A DNA stretch of 64,000 nt. Origin: Candidatus Sumerlaeales bacterium (GTDB taxonomy: Bacteria > Sumerlaeota > Sumerlaeia > Sumerlaeales > Sumerlaeaceae). This document shows positions 18,301-28,367 of the stretch, one piece after another; positions within the stretch are counted from its first letter, which is position 1, and every line of letters begins with the position of its first letter. Location: contig JBBSQY010000012.1 of NCBI GenBank assembly GCA_038243585.1, positions 1 through 64,000 of the forward strand, given 5' to 3'. Position numbers and translations under genes: made by a program. The notes beneath the pieces are model-generated. The model saw nothing but the letters and a program-made list of their open reading frames with translations. It was not told where the DNA came from and did no database searches.

Positions 18301-18877
18301 CTTTTTTTCTCCATGAAATTAGAACGGGATTTGCAATATCGCCATTGGCGCGCAAGGCGCGAATCCTAATATCCACGGTTTTCCAAATTGCCAGGTATGG
18401 GGGGATTTTGTTACGGCTGGAAATTTATAAAACGGCGTTTAAAATTCACGGCGGACAATGCGGCATTGCAATGATCTAGGGAAAAAACGCGAGCATAACC
18501 TCCTAAACAGAATGTGAGAGAATCCTGGGCTAAAGCCGCACCAAATGGTAAAAAAACCATTCGGTACGTCTGGTTAATTCCGATGCGACGAGCAGTACAA
18601 ATGCCAACTTTTCGAGCAATCAATGATCTAAGTAAATGCGTTAAGACGGACGATAAACAGCGACTGAAATAATTCGAAAGTAAAAAGAACTTGTGACAGC
18701 CGTTCCGTACTCGCAAGTTTTTTCTACAGAAAATGATGCGCCTACTCTTAAATCCATTACCAACCCTCTTCGCCTGGGCGTTCACCTATTCACGAGCTCA
18801 ACAGAACCGCACCTCCGGCGCGAACTGCGGGATGTGGATGGCACACGATCTAATCGAAGGAACAGAGTGGGGGGTTG

Positions 18878-20977
18878 TTAACGCAGTTTCATGCCGGGGA
18901 TGTATCTGCAAAAACGATTTCTTCCGGAGCGTTTGGCGTTATATAAGGCGGTGTCTGCGAGTTGGGTTAGTTCTGTGGCGTTTACGGAATCTTCCGGGCA
19001 GGTGGCTATTCCCGCGCTTACGCCAATTGCTACTGGTTTACCATCAAGGTCATATGGCTGTGTTATGGTTTGCACGACTTTTTCACCCAGAATGATTGCG
19101 CCTTTATCGTTTGAGAGACTGGCCTGAATGATGGCGAACTCGTCGCCGCCTAGCCTGGCAACGGTGTCATCACGGCGAGCAAGCTTCAGCAAACGCCGGC
19201 CAACTTCCTGTAGCACCTGATCCCCCGCCGCGTGACCCAGGGTGTCGTTTATGGGTTTAAAAAGGTCGAGGTCGAGCATGTGAATTGCAAAGGGGCTGCC
19301 GTTGAAAAGGAAAAGGTCCATGGCCTCTTGCAAGCGCTGATCAAAGAGTTCACGATTGGCCAGGCCAGTGAGGGGATCATAGAGAGCCATTTTGAGAGCC
19401 ATTTTTTCAACGTGCGCCCTGCTGAAGAAATCGAGCAGGTCCGCTTGCAATTTCGCACCGAATTCTTTTTGCGCTGCTGTCCAGGGTTCTGAATTGAAGC
19501 GGGTCTGTTGCACCCATGTGGCAAAGGAGCTGCGCGGCGATTTGGGCTCGAGATCGCCATCCGGTTGATCAATCTGCTGGGGCTTGCCCGCCCATGAAAT
19601 TGTTTTAATGATTTCCGGGCGAAGCAGCGCCACGAAGCCCTGATCGCCTAAGGGGATGAACAGAACGCCGCAGGCGCGAGAGGCGAGCTTCGGGCAAGAT
19701 AGCAAGGAGCTGGGCAGTGTCTGACAGGAGCTGATTTCGCCGACAGGCAGAGTTTTAAACCAGTCGCCCAATTGTTCCAGCTCATTTTTATCGGGTATGT
19801 CTCCGGAAACGTAATCATGTCCATCATAGCGCAGCCACGCTCCACTGGCCGAAAGCAGCTCTCGTATGAGAGGCAGGTGGAGTGACACCCCGCCTGCGAT
19901 ATCCTTTCGGGAGGTGGAAAGGGCGCCCTTTAAACGGGAGAGTTGCTGGCGAAGAGCCGCGCGCGTATCGCCTTCCAAAAGATCAAGCCGGGTCTCCAGG
20001 TGAATGGATAAGATGCGGGACATTTCTTCAAACGCGAGGCGATCGCGGAGCGCCAGGGTGCGGGGCGATTTGTGGTGACAAGCGACCAGGCCGTATAATT
20101 TCCCCGCTACGATAACGGACACGCTGAAAGATGCATGAACACCCATATTTTTCATGTATTGGATGTGAACCGGGTGAACCGCTCGCAGCATAGACCCGGT
20201 AAGATCCAGGGGAAGCGCATCGCTTTCCAACGCAAGCAGCGGTACATCCGGAGAATTAACATCGCTTATAATTCGCTGCCGGTTTATGGTGTAGAGGCGG
20301 TGAGCTGCGGGTGAGATATCGCTGGCGGGAAAATGTAGGCCGAGATAAGATTCGATGCCTGGCTGGCGCATCTCCTGGACCACCGCACCGTGCATATCCG
20401 GGAAAAACTCGTAAAGTAACACACGATCGAATCCGGAACGGTTAAACATCCACCGGACGAGCAGATTGCGGCATTGATCAAGAGTCCGGGCCTCTTCCAG
20501 TTCTGCGAGAAAAACGATGCGTTTGCTGTAATTCCACCAGTGGCTTGTTGTTCCGGATGCCACTTCGAATTCAAAGATCAAATGATCATCCTGCTGGTGA
20601 GCGACTACGTTAAGCGGGACTGGAAAAATCCCCGTGGGCAATAAGAGCATGCCGGTTTTCAACGCTAGCTGAAGCATTTCCGGCCAGCGGGATGAAAAGA
20701 GACTTTCGGCATCTCGTCCCAGCAGATCTTCAGGTTGCATCCCTAAAACATCGGCTGAATTCGCCGAACAATAAACGATGCGGTTATGGGACGTATGGAC
20801 CGCCAATAAAGCTCCGCAGGGCTGGATATGACCCATAAGGTGCAGAGGATCATTTTTGCAGTCGCTGAAGGAATTGCTAGAATAGCTTCCTGATGCCGCC
20901 CCGACCGGGGTATTTGTTTTGGTCACTTCAATTTCGATTCCCGCTTCCGGAAAGTTCTGATTAAAGCTACAAAACAA
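18878..20977 (-). CDS. Bacteriophytochrome diguanylate cyclase (PAS-GAF-PHY-GGDEF); start uncertain
   Basis: N-terminal Cys (DCKNDPLHLMGHIQPCG), FDRVLLYEF, HFPASDIS, VHIQYMKNMGV, WAGKP, PRSSF tongue, YDPLTGLANR, RxxD I-site and GGDEF. Confidence 0.93.
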   Translation of the reverse strand: MFCSFNQNFPEAGIEIEVTKTNTPVGAASGSYSSNSFSDCKNDPLHLMGHIQPCGALLAVHTSHNRIVYCSANSADVLGMQPEDLLGRDAESLFSSRWPEMLQLALKTGMLLLPTGIFPVPLNVVAHQQDDHLIFEFEVASGTTSHWWNYSKRIVFLAELEEARTLDQCRNLLVRWMFNRSGFDRVLLYEFFPDMHGAVVQEMRQPGIESYLGLHFPASDISPAAHRLYTINRQRIISDVNSPDVPLLALESDALPLDLTGSMLRAVHPVHIQYMKNMGVHASFSVSVIVAGKLYGLVACHHKSPRTLALRDRLAFEEMSRILSIHLETRLDLLEGDTRAALRQQLSRLKGALSTSRKDIAGGVSLHLPLIRELLSASGAWLRYDGHDYVSGDIPDKNELEQLGDWFKTLPVGEISSCQTLPSSLLSCPKLASRACGVLFIPLGDQGFVALLRPEIIKTISWAGKPQQIDQPDGDLEPKSPRSSFATWVQQTRFNSEPWTAAQKEFGAKLQADLLDFFSRAHVEKMALKMALYDPLTGLANRELFDQRLQEAMDLFLFNGSPFAIHMLDLDLFKPINDTLGHAAGDQVLQEVGRRLLKLARRDDTVARLGGDEFAIIQASLSNDKGAIILGEKVVQTITQPYDLDGKPVAIGVSAGIATCPEDSVNATELTQLADTALYNAKRSGRNRFCRYIPGMKLR

Positions 20978-21093
20978 ACGGGGGATTTGCTCACTCAGGG
21001 GCGGTTATGGGCGCTCCGGCACGCCTGGAAACCGGGCCGGTGCCGTGCCGAATTTCTTTTTCTTGCTGTTAAGGATCTTACTGCTCGCCCATT

Positions 21094-21735
21094 ATGGTTA
21101 AAGATGATTGTCCTCATCAGGCGCTGGTATTGGAAATCATGCGCAGCCAATCCAAGAATAGGTCGTGGCTGGTGGAATGGGCACTAGAGAGCTTAAAGGC
21201 AGTTATGCTTTTTGCCCTACTGTTTAATATTATCGCTATCACAAGCCTGCCTATTTCTGAGGGCTTTAAATTCGGATTGGTTATTGGGCTTTTTGCCGTG
21301 TATTTCCTTGTTGATTGGGTCGGCAAACGCGTTGCACCCGCGACTCCAGACGACGATGGGTGGACCTCGCTTCACGTAATAGATGATTTTGCCCAATCGC
21401 GATGGCAATGGTTAGTCGAACTCGTGATTGGGCTTGGAAAGTTCGCTATAGTTGTCGCTGCAATGCTTTCGGCGATGCTGTTTCTAATGACCGGCGGAAA
21501 CCGAATGTTGTTTGTTTATCTCGGGATGGTATTGGTGATTCTCTATGTTGCCATGGATGGAATATTATACATCACTGAGCCTGCTTGTCGCCAATGTGGC
21601 AGGCGGCTGCAGCGTCGCATTCCGCTGGGCGGAGATGAAATCTGGTATGTATGCTTCGACTGCGAAATACGGGGAGATTCCGGCCTTAGACAGGCTGAGT
21701 TTGAAGGTGGCGCGGAGGGCGGCGATGGCGACTAA
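21094..21735 (+). CDS. Four-TM membrane protein with C-terminal zinc ribbon
   Basis: Two internally similar TM hairpins (WLVEWAL / WLVELVI), then CRQC...CFDC. Confidence 0.7.
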   Translation: MVKDDCPHQALVLEIMRSQSKNRSWLVEWALESLKAVMLFALLFNIIAITSLPISEGFKFGLVIGLFAVYFLVDWVGKRVAPATPDDDGWTSLHVIDDFAQSRWQWLVELVIGLGKFAIVVAAMLSAMLFLMTGGNRMLFVYLGMVLVILYVAMDGILYITEPACRQCGRRLQRRIPLGGDEIWYVCFDCEIRGDSGLRQAEFEGGAEGGDGD

Positions 21736-21839
21736 CGATAGCTGGTTACAGGTGCTGTTTGGGGGCAATATTACCGTTCTGGCCAGAACCTCTATTTTCT
21801 ATTGATACCGAGCCGCGGGCTGCCATACATCTATTTCTT

Positions 21840-22868
21840 ATGAACATCCAGACCCTTACACTTCACCTGCTGGAAGACCAGCCTATCGATGATATGACCG
21901 CCGAGATGCGCGGGGCGGCGGAGGAGATGCTGACTGGCGTTGCTTCTCCGGTGCAAATGGCGGCTTTTCTTACGGCGCTGCGGGCGCGGGGGGAGACTCC
22001 GCGGGTGCTGGCGGCGTTTGCGGGAGTGATGCGGGAACGGGTTGCGCCGTTTGCGACGCCGGAGGGCACGGTGGTGGATACGTGTGGGACAGGGGGCGAT
22101 CATAGCGGAACTTTTAATATTTCCACTACAGCGGCGTTTGTGGCGGCGGGGGCCGGGGTGAAGGTGGCGAAGCACGGCAATCGCAGCATGACCAGCAAGT
22201 GTGGCAGCAGCGACGTGCTTGCGGAGCTTGGCATCGATGTGGAGTGTGACGGCGCGATTATGGAGCGGGCGCTGCGGGAGGTGGGCATTTGTTTTCTGCA
22301 CGCGCAGTGCTATCACGGCAGCATGCGCCATGTGGCGCCGGTGCGGCGCGAGCTGGGGTTTCGGACGATGTTTAATATGCTGGGGCCGCTGGCGAATCCG
22401 GCGCGGGCGAGCCATCAGCTTGTGGGGGTGTTTGGCCGGGAGCAGGCGCACCTGGTGGCGCAGGTGCTTAACTTGCTCGGGACAAGAGGCGCAATGGTGG
22501 TGCATGGCAGCGATGGCCTGGACGAGATTACGATTACTGGCGACACCTACGCCTACCGCGTGATCGACGGGCGGGTTGAGGAGCACCTAATCATCCCACA
22601 TCTGCTTGGGTTTGGCCTGGCGAGCCGGGAGGATCTGCTTGGCGGCGATGCGGCGGATAATGCCCGGATGCTGACGGAGATCCTCTCCGGCGCGACGGGG
22701 CCGAAAACGGATATTGTGCTGTTGAACGCGGGAGCGGCCATCCATGTGGCGGAACTGGCGCCGACGCTGGCGGAGGGTGTTGCGCTTGCGCGGGAATCAA
22801 TCAGCAGCGGCGGGGCGCTGAGGTGTCTGCGGGGGTTGCAGGCGCTGTCTGGTAATACTGCAGGCTAA
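21840..22868 (+). CDS. trpD: Anthranilate phosphoribosyltransferase
   Basis: DTCGTGGD, FNIST, KHGNRS, GSSDVL and DGLDEI; ATG 21840 preferred over the upstream TTG. Confidence 0.97.
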   Translation: MNIQTLTLHLLEDQPIDDMTAEMRGAAEEMLTGVASPVQMAAFLTALRARGETPRVLAAFAGVMRERVAPFATPEGTVVDTCGTGGDHSGTFNISTTAAFVAAGAGVKVAKHGNRSMTSKCGSSDVLAELGIDVECDGAIMERALREVGICFLHAQCYHGSMRHVAPVRRELGFRTMFNMLGPLANPARASHQLVGVFGREQAHLVAQVLNLLGTRGAMVVHGSDGLDEITITGDTYAYRVIDGRVEEHLIIPHLLGFGLASREDLLGGDAADNARMLTEILSGATGPKTDIVLLNAGAAIHVAELAPTLAEGVALARESISSGGALRCLRGLQALSGNTAG

Positions 22869-22922
22869 ACAAGTTACGGTGTTATCGTCTCACTTTGCGG
22901 TTTGCTGTTTCAGAATTTCGCG

Positions 22923-25900
22923 TTATGGAATGTCGAAATCCTTGTACACCTGATCCTGGTCGGGGACGGTGAATTGCTCCATGCGTAGCCCTGTATTGGC
23001 CAGCTTGTTGATCGTTCCTCCGAAGGTTATCTCATAGGGACCAGGCTCCAGATTGGGGAGAACATAGCTGCCGTTTTTCGGCTGGAAGCTATGGACGCTT
23101 TGGCCAGCTATAGTGTTTCGGGCAATGATTACCAGCGCCTCCGGTTCGCCACTTGTAAAGATTGTGCCTCTCATGGTTACGCTGCCCAGGCGGAAGTATA
23201 GTTCACGAGTTTCCCCGGATGCCAGCAGGATGGTTTGTACGGTGGATTGGGCGGTCACCGTATAGTGGCCCGGCTGGACATTTGAAAACTTAAAACTTCC
23301 GTCGGGTCCGGATTGGCTGGTTAATTCCAGTGTCTGCCCTCTGACATTTGTCCTGGCGGTCACAGGAACGCCGGCCCGGCCCTCCCCTGTCGGGCTGGAT
23401 ACGACGAAGCCGGTGATGGCTGCGGATTCGCTGATCAAGATATCTCCGAGGTCGGAAAAAGCGCCTTCTTCCACCTCTATTTCTTTATCAACCGCGACCA
23501 TGGGCGGCTTCGGCATGGCGGTAATTCGCAGTTTTCCGGAAGGTATGTTCGCAATCAGAAATGTCCCGTCCGCGTCGGTGACGGAGTTGCCGGCCGGGGT
23601 TGTGCTGAATTGAACGGTTTCAAAGGCGGCTATGGGCACGTCGGGCGCCGGCTTTTTGGAATCCGCAAAAAGGACGCGGCCGCTTACGCCGGAAGGCAAT
23701 CCCAGTTCGAAGATCTTTGTCGTTTCCGATCCCGTTTTTGGGGCGACCACCTCAAAAGATTTCGTCGCGTAACCTTCTGCGGAGATTTTCAGATATGTGG
23801 ATTGACCGGGTTCTAAATAGAAGCGGAAGCCGCCCGGCCCTTCGCCGTCCGTGAGTATTTCTCCTGCGCCGGGAGCTTTAAAATCCGTTATAGGCTGTCG
23901 GGTGGTCCCGTCGATCACACGCCCCCTGATGGTCACCTGGGTGTCCATCTTAATCATCAGCTTTTTGTTGCCGGCTTTTACTGTTACCTGCTTCATCAAC
24001 TGGGGATTATGGGAGATGACTATGAGTGTTACGTCCCCCGGAGACAGGCCTCCTATCTTGAAATGGCCGCTCTCGTCTGTCTTCTGGACAGGCAGCCCGG
24101 TGTGTAGAATATTGATATGGGCGGTAACGGGTTTGCCGCCTGCGCCGACCACGTGTCCCTCTACCGTCATATCTTCGCCGAGGCTTATATCCACGCCAGA
24201 TTTCGTTTCTCCCGGAGCCAGATCGACTGTGGCACCGCCGGGGGCATAACCTTTGGCAAAGGCCGTAAAAGTCATCTGCCCCGGAGCCATGCTTTCGAGG
24301 CGGTAGTTGCCATCGCTGTCGGAAGTCCCAAGAGTTCTTCGATCCACAACTGTGCTGAATCCGACTGAGTAATGGTCTGACGTATCAATTTTGGCCCCGC
24401 TGACGGGATCACCGGATGGATTTAGGACTCGGCCTTCCACTGTTGCGCCTTCGTCCAGTATAATTATTATATCGGTCTGATCGTCGCTGGAAACGGGGTA
24501 TTCGATAGACCGCTTGAAAGCATAGCCCGGCGCGGTAACTTCTATCATTCCATTCTGGAAAGGCAGGAGCTCGAAGGTAAAGCGGCCGTCGGCATCGGAG
24601 GTTGTGCGGTTGTAATTGGTAGCGGAAAATTTTATTGAGCCGTTCCACGTGAGGGAGGCACCGGCTACGGGAGCGCCTTCTTTGTTTTGTATGTAGCCGC
24701 TTACTCGCACGACGGCGGTCATTGGCATATCATGCACTAGAGAATCGGAATCCGTAGGAAGATCGACGCCGGAATATGCAGGAACGCCGTTGTGGTAGGA
24801 CGTGCGGGGGTTGGCGGCAATGGTGTAACCCGGTAGTTCTACGGTAATATCCGGGCTGGCATCAGGGGGAATTTTCGAAAAGGAATATCTGCCGGCGGCG
24901 TCGGTGACGGCGAGGTCACTAGCCTGGTCACCGCTGTAGAACTGCACATTTGCGGAGGGCAGCGGTTCGCTGGTGTCTTTGTCTAAGACGGTTCCCGTCA
25001 GGTTATACCCGGAAAAGACGCGGACGGTTATGGCGGTGGTTTCTTTGTCGGTGAGTATGGGAGACAAGGCATCGGACGGTTCGCCGGGTGCGGACCAGAG
25101 GGGGATGCCGCTGTTGGCGGCTTTGACTTCGATGCTTACGGGGCCGGAGGGAAGCTGCTCCAGATTAAAGGAGCCGTCTGCCTCTGTTGTGGCGTGGGCG
25201 GCGGCTTTCCCGGCGGGAAGAACGCTGACTTTGACGCCGGCGGCGGGAGAATCGCCGGGAAACATCAACACGTGGCCGGCGATAGCGGCAGTGCCGCTGG
25301 TGATGCGAAGGTGGACGGGGCCGGTGGTGGGGACGAGAATATTGGTGGCCGTGGAGGGGCAGCCTTTCTGGGAAGGGTAGTCTCTCGCTTCCGCGCCGAT
25401 GGTGGCGATGCCTGCTGGGACGTTCTCTATTATGAAGTCGCCGGACACAGAAACAGTGGTCCGCTGGTTGTCGTAATTCCAGCCGTCGCTAAGGGGGTCT
25501 TCCGAACGCAGGTGGACATTCGCGGTGCTGACGGGATTGTCGTTGAAGTCGGTTACCCGGCCGCGGATAGTATGAAGCGCGGGGATGACAAAATCCTGAG
25601 TCAGGCGGCGGATGCGGGGTTCGGTGGTGGCATCGCTGGCGGAAGCGAGGTCTGCAATGGCGCGGACGGGTCTGCGCAGTTCGACTCGCATGGACCCGCC
25701 GTCGCGGCCGCTGAGAGTATAACGGCCGTTCGCATCTATGGGTGAAACGTCGAGGCGATAACTTTGACTGCTGACAGGCTGGAGAGGATCGCCGTTTCGC
25801 CATAGCTCAATGGTGGCGGTAGTGTCGGGAGCGCCATTTTCGAATCTAACAGTCCCGGTTACTATTAAGGTGGGTTCTGTGATTTTGCGATTATCCGGAC

Positions 25901-26183
25901 GGGTGCGGTGGGCAGAGGACGCTGAATCATTTTGCGATGATCCACGATTTTTCTGTGCGCCACGAGCGCTGGTATTTTCCCTGGACTCTAACGTGGTGAT
26001 TTTCGCGGCGGCGGGAGTTTCGGAGGCGATTGACACGTTGCGCGCTGGCGAATTGGTGGTAGCACCGTCATCGCAGCCGGGACATAGCAGGGCGACCATT
26101 ACGGCTATGGTAACGCAGGCGATGCGACCGCTGCGAAACATTTGAGTTACTGCGTAGAGCGAGGGGCTGGGGTGAAATGTCAT
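22923..26183 (-). CDS. Large exported protein of tandem carboxypeptidase-regulatory-like (Ig/transthyretin-like) domains
   Basis: About ten repeats of I.G.V....G.P...A.V...TD..G.F.....P.G; signal or lipoprotein-like N-terminus (LLCPGC). Confidence 0.85.
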   Translation of the reverse strand: MTFHPSPSLYAVTQMFRSGRIACVTIAVMVALLCPGCDDGATTNSPARNVSIASETPAAAKITTLESRENTSARGAQKNRGSSQNDSASSAHRTRPDNRKITEPTLIVTGTVRFENGAPDTTATIELWRNGDPLQPVSSQSYRLDVSPIDANGRYTLSGRDGGSMRVELRRPVRAIADLASASDATTEPRIRRLTQDFVIPALHTIRGRVTDFNDNPVSTANVHLRSEDPLSDGWNYDNQRTTVSVSGDFIIENVPAGIATIGAEARDYPSQKGCPSTATNILVPTTGPVHLRITSGTAAIAGHVLMFPGDSPAAGVKVSVLPAGKAAAHATTEADGSFNLEQLPSGPVSIEVKAANSGIPLWSAPGEPSDALSPILTDKETTAITVRVFSGYNLTGTVLDKDTSEPLPSANVQFYSGDQASDLAVTDAAGRYSFSKIPPDASPDITVELPGYTIAANPRTSYHNGVPAYSGVDLPTDSDSLVHDMPMTAVVRVSGYIQNKEGAPVAGASLTWNGSIKFSATNYNRTTSDADGRFTFELLPFQNGMIEVTAPGYAFKRSIEYPVSSDDQTDIIIILDEGATVEGRVLNPSGDPVSGAKIDTSDHYSVGFSTVVDRRTLGTSDSDGNYRLESMAPGQMTFTAFAKGYAPGGATVDLAPGETKSGVDISLGEDMTVEGHVVGAGGKPVTAHINILHTGLPVQKTDESGHFKIGGLSPGDVTLIVISHNPQLMKQVTVKAGNKKLMIKMDTQVTIRGRVIDGTTRQPITDFKAPGAGEILTDGEGPGGFRFYLEPGQSTYLKISAEGYATKSFEVVAPKTGSETTKIFELGLPSGVSGRVLFADSKKPAPDVPIAAFETVQFSTTPAGNSVTDADGTFLIANIPSGKLRITAMPKPPMVAVDKEIEVEEGAFSDLGDILISESAAITGFVVSSPTGEGRAGVPVTARTNVRGQTLELTSQSGPDGSFKFSNVQPGHYTVTAQSTVQTILLASGETRELYFRLGSVTMRGTIFTSGEPEALVIIARNTIAGQSVHSFQPKNGSYVLPNLEPGPYEITFGGTINKLANTGLRMEQFTVPDQDQVYKDFDIP

Positions 26184-26381
26184 TGGTTCGATGACTCCCT
26201 ACTGTCGAAATGGATGGGACAAACGCCTTTCTGAACTTACAAGGAGAATTGGACGGCAGGTCGGATGGGGGCGCAGCGGCGGACTTTCTATATCAACTCG
26301 TCTACGCGGTCTTGGGAATCAGTCGCGGATATAATTTGTACCCTGTAATCTTAAAATTGCTACGACCCTGGAGCCAGACCG

Positions 26382-27287
26382 ATTTCCGCATCTTCTACTC
26401 ATTCGCAAAATTGTACGCCTCGGTTATGCGTCGCTGTTGTTGGCGCGGAAGGGATGTTGGGCTCGGACGTTGTTCAGGAATTGCGACGGCGCGAGATTGC
26501 CCATCTCTCTCTTGGTCGTGCGCAGTGCGACGTGACTTCCGCTGAAGCCTGTCGACAGGCTTTTGCCGACGGTCAACCGACGGTCGTCATCAATTGCGCC
26601 GCCTATACAGATGTGAACCGGGCGGAGTCTGAAATTGATCTCGCGATGGCGGTCAACCGCGACGGAGCGGCTAATGTCGCGCAGGCGTGTTCCGATATGG
26701 GCGCTTCCTGCATCTATGTCAGCACGGATTATGTTTTTGACGGGGGCAAACCGGAACCATACGAGCCGACGGATTTAACCAATCCCATCAATGCCTATGG
26801 CCGGACGAAACTTGCCGGCGAGCAGGCGGTTGTCGCCGCGCTGCCAGATGGGAAATGGACTATTGCCCGGACCTCATGGCTGTATGGGGCCCATGGTCCA
26901 AATTTCGTAAAGACGATGCTGCGGCTGGCTCGCGATGGTAAATATCTCAAGATTATCAGCGATCAACGCGGCGCGCCGACCTATACGGTTGATCTTGCCC
27001 GCGCTTTGGTTGATATGGCCATTGGCGCGGCAGGCGGGGTTGTCCATGTTACCAACTCGGGCGCTTGCAGCTGGTATGAGTTTGCCCAGGAAATCTTTGC
27101 CCTGTCCGGCGTTAACCCGCTGTCACTAATCCCCTGCGCAACGGCGGATTTCCCGACGGCAGCCTGTCGCCCTTCCAATAGTCAGCTCTCGTCAACGAGC
27201 CTGGTGGATCGCCAAGTCGCCCCGTTGCCGCCCTGGCAGGACGGTTTGCGCCGGTATCTTGCCGAGACTGGTGATCTATCTCAATGA
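26382..27287 (+). CDS. rfbD: dTDP-4-dehydrorhamnose reductase (start non-canonical or frameshifted)
   Basis: VAVVGAEGMLG Rossmann motif begins upstream of the ORF-track ATG 26454; NCAAYTDV, STDYVFDG, YGRTK and RTSWLYG. Confidence 0.92.
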   Translation: MSASSTHSQNCTPRLCVAVVGAEGMLGSDVVQELRRREIAHLSLGRAQCDVTSAEACRQAFADGQPTVVINCAAYTDVNRAESEIDLAMAVNRDGAANVAQACSDMGASCIYVSTDYVFDGGKPEPYEPTDLTNPINAYGRTKLAGEQAVVAALPDGKWTIARTSWLYGAHGPNFVKTMLRLARDGKYLKIISDQRGAPTYTVDLARALVDMAIGAAGGVVHVTNSGACSWYEFAQEIFALSGVNPLSLIPCATADFPTAACRPSNSQLSSTSLVDRQVAPLPPWQDGLRRYLAETGDLSQ

Positions 27288-28216
27288 GCAAAAAGGACGC
27301 ATCTTTTGGGCACCTGCGCCCAACCACCGCGCCGGAAATGCTGGATCGGGCCTATGCGGTCTCTGTCCGCATTGCGCCAATTTTATGGGGATGCGCCTTT
27401 GTTTCCGCCACCGGCAGTTACGCGCTTTCTGCTGGAATGGATTGGATTGAAAGTGCAGAAACCTCAAATCCGTATATGGTCGCGGGCATCCTGCCGCTTA
27501 TCCTTTTTGCGGAATACGCAATTGCCGTTGCCCTGCTGGCGCTGTTCCAGGGGCTTATCTTTCCCCGTCGCCCACTGGGGGTTAAACCCCTGACTCGCAC
27601 GGCACTGCGCAAACTGCCCGGCTTTTTTCTCACCAACCTGCTGTACCTGTTTACGGTCATGGTTATCGCCGTTGTAGCCTATGCTGTTTTCACCCTCGAA
27701 ACAATCCCTGGCGGCCTATACGGCCGAGCGCTGGCCGGAACGGCTGTCGCCATCGTCGGCCTTTGGATGACTGTTCGCCTGAGCCTCGCTCCCATCATCT
27801 GCCTTATTGAAGACGCATCGCCATTTTCGGCCTTTGTGCGTTCACGGCTCCTGACGTCGACTCGCGCTGCCACTTCGCACCGCCGGTCGGATAATCCGGT
27901 ATTCCGTTGGTTGGCTGCGGCTGCGCTGCCCGGCGTGTTGATGCTGGCCATCGCGGCGGCGTTTGGTGCCTATGCGTACCTGCGGCTGGAAATCCGAGCG
28001 CCCCTTGACTGGGAAAGTCCCCCCGTCTCAAATCTGCTGAACCTGTTCGAGTTTGCCGCCGGGATAATTGCCGCCCCGCTGTATTGGGCCGGCCTGATGG
28101 GGCTGTATGTGGAATATCGGATGCGTCACGAGGCCCTCGATTTTTATCTGCGCCTGCGAGATCAGCGGCGAAACAACGGCGACGCCGCTGAAACCTTTGG
28201 TGTAGATGCGGATTGA
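27284..28216 (+). CDS. Polytopic membrane protein of unknown function
   Basis: About six TM segments; LRP...EMLDRA N-terminus and LYVEYRMRHEALD C-terminus; ATGA-coupled to rfbD. Confidence 0.75.
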   Translation: MSKKDASFGHLRPTTAPEMLDRAYAVSVRIAPILWGCAFVSATGSYALSAGMDWIESAETSNPYMVAGILPLILFAEYAIAVALLALFQGLIFPRRPLGVKPLTRTALRKLPGFFLTNLLYLFTVMVIAVVAYAVFTLETIPGGLYGRALAGTAVAIVGLWMTVRLSLAPIICLIEDASPFSAFVRSRLLTSTRAATSHRRSDNPVFRWLAAAALPGVLMLAIAAAFGAYAYLRLEIRAPLDWESPPVSNLLNLFEFAAGIIAAPLYWAGLMGLYVEYRMRHEALDFYLRLRDQRRNNGDAAETFGVDAD

Positions 28217-28367
28217 TAATAGCGTGAAACGTTCTAATCCGCTTGCCTTAGCTTTATCCACCCCCACAGGAATAGCATCTGCATGACACCATCGCACTTT
28301 TCCGGGCACAACGCGCCGGGAAATTTGTCAATGACTCTGGCAACTTCGCACCAACTATAATTAAGGT

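Noticed and set aside
18310..18870. Long intergenic region as ncRNA or c-di-GMP riboswitch; short ORFs on both strands
   Set aside because: No recognisable riboswitch motif or protein features by eye; an Rfam/Infernal scan would be needed.
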